This document shows positions 54,401 to 62,879 of a stretch of DNA of 64,000 nt, piece after piece. Both the position numbers and the translations under genes were made by a program. Below the pieces are notes generated by a model. The model did no database searches and was not told where the DNA came from. It was given only the letters and a program-made list of their open reading frames with translations. How positions within the stretch are numbered: the first letter of the stretch is position 1; each line of letters begins with the position of its first letter. The DNA comes from an uncultured Phycisphaerales bacterium (GTDB lineage Bacteria > Planctomycetota > Phycisphaerae > Sedimentisphaerales > Anaerobacaceae), in assembly GCA_963772725.1 (NCBI GenBank), contig CAVYYI010000002.1:32001-96000 (forward strand), read 5' to 3'.

Positions 54401-54670
54401 TTTTGATTCCCAAGCCTTGCGTCCTAACCCGTCATATTCAACATATACATAAGTCTCAGAATTTTGTGTAGTTTCAGGATAAGTAATTTTTACAATCCTG
54501 CCAAGGGCATCGTAATCGAAACTTGTCGTATTGCCGCTTGCGTCAGTTACGCTCTTGCGGCGGTTGCCTTCATAGAGCGTCTCTGTTATGTGTGTGCCGG
54601 TGAAGTTGCCGTTATCGTGAACGCCCGATTCGTAAATATTATAATCGAAGCCGCCAAAATCAATTTTCAT
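51446..54670 (-). CDS. Rhs/YD-repeat toxin with C-terminal NucA/NucB-type DNase (probably 5'-truncated)
   Basis: Many YD repeats, core YTGEYYD...YNLRTRYYDPLNGRF...NPVNVIDPSG, tip DEFPYACTRQGG...ENALQGG; no signal peptide or PAAR domain at the present N-terminus. Confidence 0.9.
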   Translation of the reverse strand: MKIDFGGFDYNIYESGVHDNGNFTGTHITETLYEGNRRKSVTDASGNTTSFDYDALGRIVKITYPETTQNSETYVYVEYDGLGRKAWESKQTTKTYAQLTAEDLKEYEYDASGRLTAVILPQTAAMESPVHDDTTLTNASPIYEYVYDNFGNLTESRDNIYELGGNIIDTYARTTAFTYNELHQQTSRELPDTKTEHKEYDNFGRIVRATDFEKQDTKFEYNAKGQLHYKKLYAFVDVSPQDGQNDIYPGSPTETIEYTYDDLGRRKEIIETRGTTTFEYDSEGRTIVVSSPEGFARYIFDEITGRKAETRSYATTANLQTDVLALSNNDITRVQYTYDEMGRLYETKTIKRDGSTLTMPEVTTNAYDAVGNRDNTVLANSVTADYTYDNCNRLTNIVHSGSLSSFGYTLYDNGMRHTVSETLKTSSSTSETHSITYTYDNLNRLTHESATCSSPSGSYSEEYTYDVVGNRTYREVIANGQTLTTDYQYYTDGRDKLEKEIHTEPSAMLPYNNKPVYAYASNGQITHYQMLGQSADIGSFKAFLMGLPSIWSQYLFRAMMLLLPIAFFLPSLLSLRGKRPKQSRRSILWRQCVCVLLAYMMLICPCFENIAEASSQYSQIARGNWGTGNRTIEYTYDDNGSCVRKLTKQTTSPYTIYEDVVYEYNLQNKLYKVTTDNQQGTTVAVVEYTYNDEGIRVKAISYDMPRGGGTHTNEKTTTFLIDAYNHTGYAQALEESDGTNRTTYTIGDDVISQYNGTSVGHFLCDGLGSVRQLTNSNGNLITDQTFNYDSYGVLVGYNGTPQSNLRYTGEYYDTSLKQYNLRTRYYDPLNGRFNQMDSYAGNNEDPQSLHKYLYCHANPVNVIDPSGKDGELVGTLTVTDVICEMIAHAMPYIVTTLVVATVATILYMVYDMSRDYLAAGYASVATLLTSNAQAVAKAIKDVAEKIGKKVKDLSKMKLFPIIKRFTPDIFKFDVWALSSHPQWFMLTYNGAGDPQTGLNRAYITGTYGWMMAAAPPGYQLDEFPYACTRQGGPGAWARPVPAWENALQGGLLGAFTRWTLKGTPQPFIVVPIPL
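52921..52952. repeat. REP/RPE-like palindromic element inside the Rhs coding sequence
   Basis: GAGATTGCTTCGGCCTTTTGCCTCGCAATGAC has the GAGATTGCTTCG...CTCGCAATGAC ends of a widespread palindromic repeat and encodes SLRGKRPKQS. Confidence 0.6.
53256..53545 (-). repeat. 290-bp direct repeat shared with 50282-50571 (Rhs recombination anchor)
   Basis: Colinear copies of equal length with long identical stretches such as TATTCCTCGCTGTAACTGCCCGATGGACTGCTGCACGTTGCGGATTC. Confidence 0.92.
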
Positions 54671-55021
54671 AGCGGTTACGGTGCCGTCAGTTAACTTTAT
54701 ACCTGAGAACCTGAACTTTGGATAAGCCCTTGTTTATTCGATTGAAAATAAGCATCAAGTGCAGCAACAAAGTAAAAAACTTCGGTTTTATTCAAAAATC
54801 AGCTATTTTGAACCAAAGTATAATACTCCCCAAAAATCGGACCAGTATATAAGGTGTAAGTTGTGGTATAATTCTATCGGATTATGGATTGAGAAAGGAA
54901 GTTGTCCGGCGTCAATTATAATTTCCCTTCAACGACAGTTATTTTTACCGTTACTTCATAACACTTACCTTAGCTTATAGCCTTTAGGAGGTGCCCCCCA
55001 TGGGGGGCAAAATTTCGGACA

Positions 55022-55786
55022 TTACGTGTCCTTATTTTTCCGTCTCTGAGCTTCCTCAGCTCGGTAGCTCGGTACATTCAATTCAAGGATCACACTATGA
55101 TGTACCAGCCGGTCAATCGCTGCTGCAGTGGTCATCGGATCCTTAAAGATGACTTCCCATTTACTGAACGGCAGATTGCTGGTAATCAACACGCTGCCAC
55201 GTTCATAACAATGAGCTAATAAGGTAAACAGCACCTCCATCTCCTCGCGGTTCTGTTTGACATAGCCGAAGTCATCTATCATCAATGCCTCGTACTGTGA
55301 CAGCTTCTTGAGCCATTTGTCCAGCTTCAACTCCTGCTTGGCTCGTAATAACTCCTGCAACATCATATCACACGTAGTAAAGTAAACCTTTTTTCCCTGC
55401 CGGGCAAGTTCATGACAGATACCACACAGTAAATGTGTCTTACCGCTGCCGGGTTTGCCAAATGCAAGAATATTCTCTGTTCTGTCAACAAATGAACCTT
55501 CCAAAAGAATTTTGACCTGCTGACGTATCTTCAACGGCATACGTTTAAAATCAAAGTTTGCCATGGTCTTTTCCATAGGAAGCTTTGAGGCTTTTACCAG
55601 CCTTGCGATTTTATTGGCTCTGCGAACATCACACTCACGCTGAGCCAATTCCAATAGATATTGTGAATAACCCATATCTTCGGCGATAGCCTTCTGAGCG
55701 AACTCGGCGTAATATTCACGGAACATCGGCAGGTGAAGTTCTTTGAGAAGGTTTACAAGCTGATTATCCAGATCATTTTTACTCAT
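55022..55786 (-). CDS. istB: IS21 helper ATPase
   Basis: GKPGSGKTHL, IDDFGY, ITSNLPFSKW and AAIDRLVHH motifs. Confidence 0.96.
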   Translation of the reverse strand: MSKNDLDNQLVNLLKELHLPMFREYYAEFAQKAIAEDMGYSQYLLELAQRECDVRRANKIARLVKASKLPMEKTMANFDFKRMPLKIRQQVKILLEGSFVDRTENILAFGKPGSGKTHLLCGICHELARQGKKVYFTTCDMMLQELLRAKQELKLDKWLKKLSQYEALMIDDFGYVKQNREEMEVLFTLLAHCYERGSVLITSNLPFSKWEVIFKDPMTTAAAIDRLVHHSVILELNVPSYRAEEAQRRKNKDT

Positions 55787-57270
55787 ACCAGTAGTGCCTC
55801 CGCCGATTCAAGTAGACAGTCATAACTGTTCAGATCAATATCGCCAACACAAACGTCAGTGACATCCGGCGGCTGTTGTTCGGATTTGACTATTTGTTCT
55901 ACCATATCAAAATCAATCGCATCTGCATGGTTGATCAGGAACCGCAAAGCTTCATTGACAGATGTCTGGCTTTCGTTGGCAGCTAATTCAAGAATTTTCA
56001 GATACTGCTTATTACCCTGCTTCATCCCATGTTGATCACGCAGGAGATCATATGCGATCCTGAACTGACTTGTGGGAAACATATCATCTTTATAGCAATA
56101 GTTCTCAAACGCCCCGGGTTTGCGAACAAGGGTATCTATAACGTGGCGGTAATTGATGTAATGACCGTTTTCACCGTGTAATCTGGGCAATACTTCAATT
56201 CTTCTTTGAGCATACCAGACTTCGATATGTTCGGCATATATTCGAACGTCAACATTTTCTCCCCTAAGCCTGCTGTGAACAGAATAGCTGTTCTTAAGAA
56301 CTCGGACCGTGCAGCCACGACTTACCCTGCATTTATCCCTGGTGAAATCTTCATGCCTGCGGGTTGGCAATTGCCGCAGAACCTTTAACTCTTCGGCCAA
56401 GAGTTTTGTGCGGCCGGTATTGAGTTGGTTGAGCAGCTTTTCAAGAAACATTTCATAATCTTTCCTGCTGTTAAAATCTCTGCTTCCTCTAAGGATTAAC
56501 GCCTGTTCAACAGCTCTCTTTAACCTGTGATGACGCTGCTCTATATCGCCGTTTTCATTCGGACAGTGAGGCTGGATTTTACAGCTTTGGAAACCATAAT
56601 GATTCGCAAGACCCTGATAGTTAGCCGTGAATTCCTCAGGATTGCCTACCTTGTTAACCGCACAGGTTAAATTATCAGTCCTATGATAGCGTGGTATGCC
56701 GCCTAACTTCCAGAGGGCATTTTGAATACCGGCACTTAAACTTTCATAGCTTTCTGAAAAACATACCGTGACGGTTTCCCAGTTCGACAAACACAATACA
56801 AAATGGTACAGCATGTGAATAAAAGGTATGCCGCAAATGGTGATACCCAGCTTATTCATCCTGGTAAAGTCTGATTCGCACCATTGGCCGGGTTTATAGA
56901 TTTGTGGAAAAAACACTTCCTGAGCCGGACCGGACAAGGCTTTCCATTGTTTTACTCGTCTCTGGAAGGTTCTTAATTCGCTGTCCTGGTATTTACCGGG
57001 ATATTCACGCTGCAGAGCCTCAAAAAGCGATTTAGATTCAAGACCGGAGTTGTTTTTGAGGAATTCTTCAACCCATGGCCAATCCCCTGCAAAGGCATCC
57101 GGATGGGTGGGCCAGTCGTGGATAGCTTGGCATTGGCTGGGCAGCACGCCCGTTTTTAAATACTTGCGGGCGGTTTTAGTGCTTATACCAGCCTTGTCTG
57201 CAAGCTGATATAAGGTCTTGCATTTGTTTTTCATAGCGAACAATCTCCTTACCTGTTTGTCTTTAACCAT
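55783..57270 (-). CDS. istA: IS21 transposase
   Basis: HTH, PGQWCESDF, RTDN, NENGDIE and NSYSVHS motifs; ATGA overlap with istB. Confidence 0.95.
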   Translation of the reverse strand: MVKDKQVRRLFAMKNKCKTLYQLADKAGISTKTARKYLKTGVLPSQCQAIHDWPTHPDAFAGDWPWVEEFLKNNSGLESKSLFEALQREYPGKYQDSELRTFQRRVKQWKALSGPAQEVFFPQIYKPGQWCESDFTRMNKLGITICGIPFIHMLYHFVLCLSNWETVTVCFSESYESLSAGIQNALWKLGGIPRYHRTDNLTCAVNKVGNPEEFTANYQGLANHYGFQSCKIQPHCPNENGDIEQRHHRLKRAVEQALILRGSRDFNSRKDYEMFLEKLLNQLNTGRTKLLAEELKVLRQLPTRRHEDFTRDKCRVSRGCTVRVLKNSYSVHSRLRGENVDVRIYAEHIEVWYAQRRIEVLPRLHGENGHYINYRHVIDTLVRKPGAFENYCYKDDMFPTSQFRIAYDLLRDQHGMKQGNKQYLKILELAANESQTSVNEALRFLINHADAIDFDMVEQIVKSEQQPPDVTDVCVGDIDLNSYDCLLESAEALLV

Positions 57271-57559
57271 CTGAAATCTCCTGACTTAATGAGTTTCAGA
57301 TAGCATATTCCAACTTTAATTCATCCGGAACTTTTAACTGTCGCCGGAAGGTAAGAATAATTGTCGCTGATCACAGGATTGTTTTCGTCGAGTTTCATTT
57401 GAATTTATATGGGATTATCTCGATATAATACGCATTACAGTTAATTCTCGTGCATCAACCATGTGGCATTGCAGATTGTTTTGAATTGACTGGATGAGAT
57501 TTTGTTCCATGCCGATGAGGCATCACTGCTATTCGACAGGGGAAATTTCCTGACGACCT

Positions 57560-57709
57560 CTAATCATCACAACACAAGCCGGCTTTTTCATAAAAGGCTG
57601 CCACTTCACTTCCCAAGAGTTGAGCAAGATTTCCACGTAATGGTACAACCTCTATGCTTTTAGCTTCTTTATCTTCGCCAACGGATGTTGAAATTTGCAC
57701 ATTATCCAT
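57560..57709 (-). CDS. 49-aa peptide, candidate RiPP precursor
   Basis: Hand translation MDNVQISTSVGEDKEAKSIEVVPLRGNLAQLLGSEVAAFYEKAGLCCDD*. The start overlaps the radical SAM stop and follows a purine-rich AAGGAAAAAGAG; below the ORF-track size cutoff. Confidence 0.65.
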   Translation of the reverse strand: MDNVQISTSVGEDKEAKSIEVVPLRGNLAQLLGSEVAAFYEKAGLCCDD

Positions 57710-59021
57710 ACTCTTTTTCCTTACTATAACTTAACATATCCTTATTTTTCAATTGTTGGCTTTCATTATACATCTGTATAAGAATTTTGGAAATCAATTT
57801 TTTTCTGACTTCGCACTGCCAACTATCAACCTCAGATATTTTCCCTGTAACGCTAAAGTTGCGAATTGGACAACCACCACAGCAAATGGCTATTAAAGGA
57901 CATTTTTCGCATTTCTGCATTATCTTCCTGATATCTGGAACGGTTCGTGACCGGTCATATTCAAAAATACCTTTTTCAGTTACATACCGACCAAGAGTAA
58001 ATTCCGTCGGTGCAGTGAGGCAATTTTGCGATTCCAAGCAAGATGTGATGAGTCCATCCGGTGTAAATACAAGTTTTCGCCCTGCTAAGGATGTGCAATA
58101 GTGAGTTGCTGGTGCAAAAAGGCGAAGAAGAGAAGAAGTAATGAACTGAATCCCTTTTTCCCTGCAGCGACTAATTGCAGCCATTATTGCTTCGACATAT
58201 TCGTCAGGCGTGGGCTGTTCAAAATTCTTTGCTTCGGCCCGTCCTCTCGGTGCGACCAGTTCCATATGTACAATATTTACCCCCAGAGAAGCAAGGTAAT
58301 TTATGATTTCTTCCACTCTGGCAAGTGTCTCCATAGTCAGAGTTACTCTAACTCGCAACTGTGTTTCTTTGCGTACAAGGGTCTTAATTGTTGATTCAAC
58401 AATTTTGGAACTATACCGGCCGTCGGCGAAAACTCTGTACTTGTTTTGTATATCGGGGGGGCCATCGAGCGAGAGCTTAACGATAAATTTCTTGTCTATG
58501 AGAAACCGCAAAACATCATCTCCAATTATACCATTTGTAGATATTATCGGTTTGAACGGGATATTTTTAGACTCAATGTCTTGGATAACATCTTTAATCA
58601 CTTCAAAATTGAGAGTTGGTTCTCCCCCGAAAAATGATATGAATAATTCATCAGCATCTGAAGATACTGCATATTCAATTGCTTTGTGGGCTAACCACAC
58701 AGGCATGTATTCAGGACGCTCGCCTGCGTTTGCGTAGCAGTATTTACATCTCAAGTTGCAATCTGTTGTAACTATGAGTGTGACTCTTACTGTGCGGTCA
58801 GGTTGCTTTACAGGATTCTCGAAAAAGCCTTCTTTTTCGAGTTTTGCTTTAGCCACGTCAAAGTCCATATTTGCGTTTGGTATTCTAGCGAATTTTTTTG
58901 CGGTCGCTGAATAAACCAAGTAATCGTCCTTATGAGGAAGCACTATAAGTCCGAAGGGGGGTTTTTCACCCCCAAAAAAATTTAAAACCTTATAATCAAT
59001 CCCTCTTTTGAGTTTTAACAT
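57702..59021 (-). CDS. Radical SAM/SPASM domain protein (peptide-maturase type)
   Basis: CNLRCKYC, FFGGEPTL, STNG, SLDG; SPASM cysteines YC...DGLITSC...CEKCPLIAICCGGC...C; ATG 59021 overlaps the upstream stop. Confidence 0.92.
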   Translation of the reverse strand: MLKLKRGIDYKVLNFFGGEKPPFGLIVLPHKDDYLVYSATAKKFARIPNANMDFDVAKAKLEKEGFFENPVKQPDRTVRVTLIVTTDCNLRCKYCYANAGERPEYMPVWLAHKAIEYAVSSDADELFISFFGGEPTLNFEVIKDVIQDIESKNIPFKPIISTNGIIGDDVLRFLIDKKFIVKLSLDGPPDIQNKYRVFADGRYSSKIVESTIKTLVRKETQLRVRVTLTMETLARVEEIINYLASLGVNIVHMELVAPRGRAEAKNFEQPTPDEYVEAIMAAISRCREKGIQFITSSLLRLFAPATHYCTSLAGRKLVFTPDGLITSCLESQNCLTAPTEFTLGRYVTEKGIFEYDRSRTVPDIRKIMQKCEKCPLIAICCGGCPIRNFSVTGKISEVDSWQCEVRKKLISKILIQMYNESQQLKNKDMLSYSKEKEYG

Positions 59022-60097
59022 CTGTAATAAGGTCCAGTCTGTGGCCATGTAGCTAATCTTGCATGGCTTTCCGAATAATTGCAATATTTGAAAGCATGCC
59101 GCCACCCATAAAAGCTGTTTCCTTTCGATAGAGATATTCTCCAATAAACGTCTCTAAGTAGCCTTACTCTTTTCAAAAGGGTATGTGAATCTGCTGGAAC
59201 GTAGGTCCAATCATCCCCCTTAACCATTTTTACAGTTTTTACTATTTTTTGGATTTCATATTCTAAGTCATCGTCGTCCACATTCAATTTATTCAATATT
59301 TCTGCGCAACTACTTTCGATGGCTTTAAACAGATTAGCGAGAGATGTCTTAAATTTAGGGTTATTAAGTTTCATGCAATTTGCAATAAAAGCCACGCCAA
59401 GCATTTTTGAATAATCGATTTTCTTCGTTGAACAAAGGTTTATTGACTCAAACTCGTTCTGTTCATCTGAATCCTGCTTTTCTCGTACCAATATCTTGCA
59501 GAAGCGGTCATCGGCATCTTTGCGGCATAATATTTCTATTGCTTGGTTGTACTCATAACACACAAATAGAGGAACATTATGAAACATTTTTGTTCCGAAT
59601 TCACTTACATGTGAGATTTCTACTATGCTGTTGGGTTTTACATCCAGTCTGTTCGCAAAACACCTTAGCCAATCCCTTGCAGCACTACTTGGAAAAACGC
59701 CGATTTTCTTTCCGTTCAATAGATGAGCAAGGACAGAGTCAGTAATCCTACCGTTCTTAACTTTCAGAAGTTTCTTTTGGTAACCCTGACGGTCAGCTAT
59801 GATTACTATAGGTGTTTTTTTGATAAATAGTGCTACAGACATAGGATTTTGGTTTGCCTCTTCAAAATGTTCAACAAATGTGACACTTCCACAGAGAGCA
59901 ACGTCACATAGATTATTTTCTACAGCCCTTATGCTGTCTGGTGAGCCGGTTCCCTCCAATATTTTAAGGTTGAATCCATATTTTCTTTTCTTTCTGTCGA
60001 TAAGATATTTTAGGTATAGCAGAGGCAGGTGTTCTTCTCCTACTTTCCAGTCCAGTCTCAACCGAATTACAGGAATATTCTTACTCTTTTTTTCCAT
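59015..60097 (-). CDS. NMT1/THI5-like binding-protein-fold protein lacking a signal peptide
   Basis: LRLDWKVGEEHLPL, EGTGSPDSIRAV...DVAL and LNGKKIGV parallel the SBP at 61722-62717; no hydrophobic N-terminus. Confidence 0.6.
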   Translation of the reverse strand: MEKKSKNIPVIRLRLDWKVGEEHLPLLYLKYLIDRKKRKYGFNLKILEGTGSPDSIRAVENNLCDVALCGSVTFVEHFEEANQNPMSVALFIKKTPIVIIADRQGYQKKLLKVKNGRITDSVLAHLLNGKKIGVFPSSAARDWLRCFANRLDVKPNSIVEISHVSEFGTKMFHNVPLFVCYEYNQAIEILCRKDADDRFCKILVREKQDSDEQNEFESINLCSTKKIDYSKMLGVAFIANCMKLNNPKFKTSLANLFKAIESSCAEILNKLNVDDDDLEYEIQKIVKTVKMVKGDDWTYVPADSHTLLKRVRLLRDVYWRISLSKGNSFYGWRHAFKYCNYSESHARLATWPQTGPYYRC

Positions 60098-60109
60098 TGC
60101 ATTCCCCGT

Positions 60110-60928
60110 TTATAGAATAATATCCTCTTCTGGTTTTTCATGTCCCTTGACAAGCCATGACTCTAATACACAGGTTATGATATATAAGCAAACACCAAAA
60201 AAAGTCAGAGTAATAAATGAGGCAAACAATACCGGTGTTTTCAGATTTGCAATTGAAACCATTATAAGGTAGCCAAGTCCACGGTCGGCACCAACAAACT
60301 CGCCTGTTACTGCACCAATCATACTATATCCGCCAGCTGTTTTAAGTGCTACGAAGAAGTAAGGTAAGCAAGCTGGTATCCTTGCTTTTACCAATATCTC
60401 AAACGGGGTGGCTGCCATAGAATTAAAAAGGTCAAGTTTGTCACGGTCAAGCGAATGTAAACCTTTAAAAATATTTGCCAAAAGGGGGAAAAAGGCTATT
60501 AACGCTGCAATAATAAATTTAGGAAGCAGCCCATATCCAAACCATAGAATAAATAGGGGCGCCAGTGCAACTTTGGGGCTAACTTGTATAGCAACCGCAA
60601 TAGGAAACACAGATGCCCTGATTATTCTGTTGTGTATGGAAAGAACTGCCAGTATAGATGCGCATACAACAGCAATCCCTAAACCTATGATTGCTTCAGC
60701 AATTGTAACCCAAAAATGTTTTGCGATGATGGGTGAAGTAACCGTTAAAGTGAGAACTTCAAGAGGATTGGGCAAAATATATTCAGGGGGTGAGAATACC
60801 CAAACTGCAATCTGCCAAATCGCAATAATAGTAACAAATCCAATAACAAAGGTTCTAAAGATAGGTACTAGTGTTTCAAATTTTTTATATTTGTTTTCTA
60901 TCGAGGTGCTTTCTAAATTTTCAACCAT
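60110..60928 (-). CDS. NitT/TauT-family ABC transporter permease
   Basis: YILPNPLEV, PKVALAPLFILWFGYG, IAFFP and GAVTGEFVGADRGLGY motifs. Confidence 0.93.
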   Translation of the reverse strand: MVENLESTSIENKYKKFETLVPIFRTFVIGFVTIIAIWQIAVWVFSPPEYILPNPLEVLTLTVTSPIIAKHFWVTIAEAIIGLGIAVVCASILAVLSIHNRIIRASVFPIAVAIQVSPKVALAPLFILWFGYGLLPKFIIAALIAFFPLLANIFKGLHSLDRDKLDLFNSMAATPFEILVKARIPACLPYFFVALKTAGGYSMIGAVTGEFVGADRGLGYLIMVSIANLKTPVLFASFITLTFFGVCLYIITCVLESWLVKGHEKPEEDIIL

Positions 60929-60942
60929 TCTTATCGTCCTTA

Positions 60943-61701
60943 TTACTCCAACAATAAACGAACTTCGGCGCAGATATCGTGAAATTTTTTATCATCAAGC
61001 AATTTTATACTTCTATCCTTCGGCAAGTCAACAGTTATCTCTTGCCGAATTTGACCTGGTCGCCCTGTAAATACTACAATACGGTCCGCAAGGAATACTG
61101 CCTCAGCAACGCTGTGAGTTACGAATATCACAGTATTCCCGAGTGATTTCCACATTTTCATAAGCAACTGGTGTAATCTGAAGCGAGTTAATTCGTCCAA
61201 ATGTCCGAAAGGTTCGTCCATCAAAAGTAATTCCGGGGCGTAAACCATTATCCGTCCGAGTGCAACTCTTTGCTGCATACCACCAGATAGCTGCGAAGGA
61301 TAGGATTCCTTGAACCCACTTAAGCCTAAAAATGCTAACGCCTCGTACACTTGAAGATTTGGAGATTTTGCTTTTTTCTTAAGGAACTCGAGAGGCAAAG
61401 CTATATTTTGTTCTACGTTCCTCCATGGTAGTAATGACGGACTTTGTGAAATATATCCAATTTTAAGATTGTTTCTTGCTGTATGGGGTGATTTTCCGGT
61501 GATTAAGACCTTTCCGTCCGTTGGCTCGATAAAGCCACACATTATTCGCAACAAAGTTGTTTTACCACAGCCAGAGGGGCCGATTAAAGCAATACGCTCC
61601 TTAGGAACAACTTGAAGATGAATATTTTCGAGAGCTTCAACGGAATTGGTTTTGGTATAATAAGTTTTCCGCAAATTTTTTATGTCAACGATTAAGTCCA
61701 T
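60943..61701 (-). CDS. NitT/TauT-family ABC transporter ATPase
   Basis: GPSGCGKTT, LLPWRNV, LSGGMQQR, LLMDEPF and VTHSVAEAVFLADR motifs. Confidence 0.95.
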   Translation of the reverse strand: MDLIVDIKNLRKTYYTKTNSVEALENIHLQVVPKERIALIGPSGCGKTTLLRIMCGFIEPTDGKVLITGKSPHTARNNLKIGYISQSPSLLPWRNVEQNIALPLEFLKKKAKSPNLQVYEALAFLGLSGFKESYPSQLSGGMQQRVALGRIMVYAPELLLMDEPFGHLDELTRFRLHQLLMKMWKSLGNTVIFVTHSVAEAVFLADRIVVFTGRPGQIRQEITVDLPKDRSIKLLDDKKFHDICAEVRLLLE

Positions 61702-61721
61702 TTTTTCAATACTCCACAAGG

Positions 61722-62717
61722 CTATTTCAAAAAATTATTAGTGAAAAAATCACTGAGCTTGATTTCTTTATCAATCAATCCAGCCTGGAGTAGAATATCT
61801 TGGGTACTCTTCCACTCATCTTCAAGTTGCAGTCCGATACCTCCAGATTTCTCTGCACCTTTTTGTATGAGAGATACAACCTCATCAAATTTTAATTTTT
61901 GATAGGTCTCATCTGCTTCTGGGTGATATTTCATAAACGTTGTAACCGCCTCGGACTTGTTTCTAATGCTTTCACTAATTGACCTTAAAGTCGCCTTCAT
62001 GAATTCACGTACTATTTCGGGCTTATTTTTTACCATTTCTTCATTTGTGATTATTGCCATACTATAAACATTAACCCCATAGTCAGACATCATTATAGTA
62101 TTAAGTTGATACCCTTTTGCAATTAACACGGGAGGCTGGTTAAAGCTATAACCCCCAATTGCATCTATTCGTCCTGTCAAAAGTTCTTCAGGGTTTCCTG
62201 GTACAGAAATAACGTCAATTTTGTTTATATCAATATTATTTTTCTCGCAAAAAACTTGAAATTGCTGATTAACAGTGCTTTTGACAATGGTACCATATTT
62301 CTTGCCTATCAAATCTTGAGGTTTGACAATGCCCTTTTCTTTGAGGGAATAGATACAGGCTGGGGATTCTTGCAATAGAACTGCCAGCACCACGATAGGC
62401 ACTCCTTTGCTTTTGGCAATCATAGCGGTATCCCCGCTGCATATGCCAAAGTCACTTTTACCAGCACCTACTAGTTGTGCAGAAACGGTTGAGCCCTCAC
62501 CCGGCTGTATTGTTAAGTCCAACCCTTCTTGTTGATAGTACCCTTTGTCCAATCCGTACCAATAAAAAGCATGCTCTGTACCAGGTATCCAATCTAACTT
62601 GAGTTTTACTTCTTGGAGCATCTTAGAACTTTGTGGAACAAGCAAAGAAACTAAAATAACAATCCCTAAGGCTACCACCAAGGAAATTACTATCCACAAG
62701 AGTATCTTTTTGCTCAT
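61722..62717 (-). CDS. NMT1/THI5-like (ThiY-type) ABC substrate-binding protein
   Basis: N-terminal membrane anchor; LDWIPGTEHA, KGYYQQEGLDL, GEGST, PQDLIGKK and NPE/PEIVREFM motifs. Confidence 0.9.
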   Translation of the reverse strand: MSKKILLWIVISLVVALGIVILVSLLVPQSSKMLQEVKLKLDWIPGTEHAFYWYGLDKGYYQQEGLDLTIQPGEGSTVSAQLVGAGKSDFGICSGDTAMIAKSKGVPIVVLAVLLQESPACIYSLKEKGIVKPQDLIGKKYGTIVKSTVNQQFQVFCEKNNIDINKIDVISVPGNPEELLTGRIDAIGGYSFNQPPVLIAKGYQLNTIMMSDYGVNVYSMAIITNEEMVKNKPEIVREFMKATLRSISESIRNKSEAVTTFMKYHPEADETYQKLKFDEVVSLIQKGAEKSGGIGLQLEDEWKSTQDILLQAGLIDKEIKLSDFFTNNFLK

Positions 62718-62879
62718 GTTTTAGCTCCAATAATTATACATTATACTTTGTAAACAGATGCGTAGCCTTTCGGTTAAGCAATCTTCAGTAATAATACCTA
62801 TTATCCTTCTATACTTCAAGGGTTTATAAAACTTATGTTGGTAATGGGTCAGTTATGGGTGGGAGATATTGATTTTGCT

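Larger units (their letters stand above)
54903..57373 (-). mobile_element. IS21-family insertion sequence
   Basis: istA-istB pair; ends TGTCCGGCGTCAATTAT / TGATCAGCGACAATTAT with repeated CGACAGTTA sub-motifs; no clear target duplication; right end could be 57375. Confidence 0.88.

Noticed and set aside
25920..54670. Direct link between the WXG100-FtsK operon and the Rhs toxins
   Set aside because: They are separated by about 14 kb of housekeeping genes and the surviving Rhs sequence has no WXG/LXG domain; the missing N-terminus prevents any claim.
57560..57709. PqqA or mycofactocin MftA precursor
   Set aside because: Spacing is ExxxxY, not the ExxxY of PqqA; there is no IDGxCGVY end; and no other pqq or mft genes are nearby.
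59022..59144. Longer N-terminus of the radical SAM ORF as given in the track
   Set aside because: It would overlap the upstream gene by 130 bp; ATG 59021 gives ordinary stop-start coupling.
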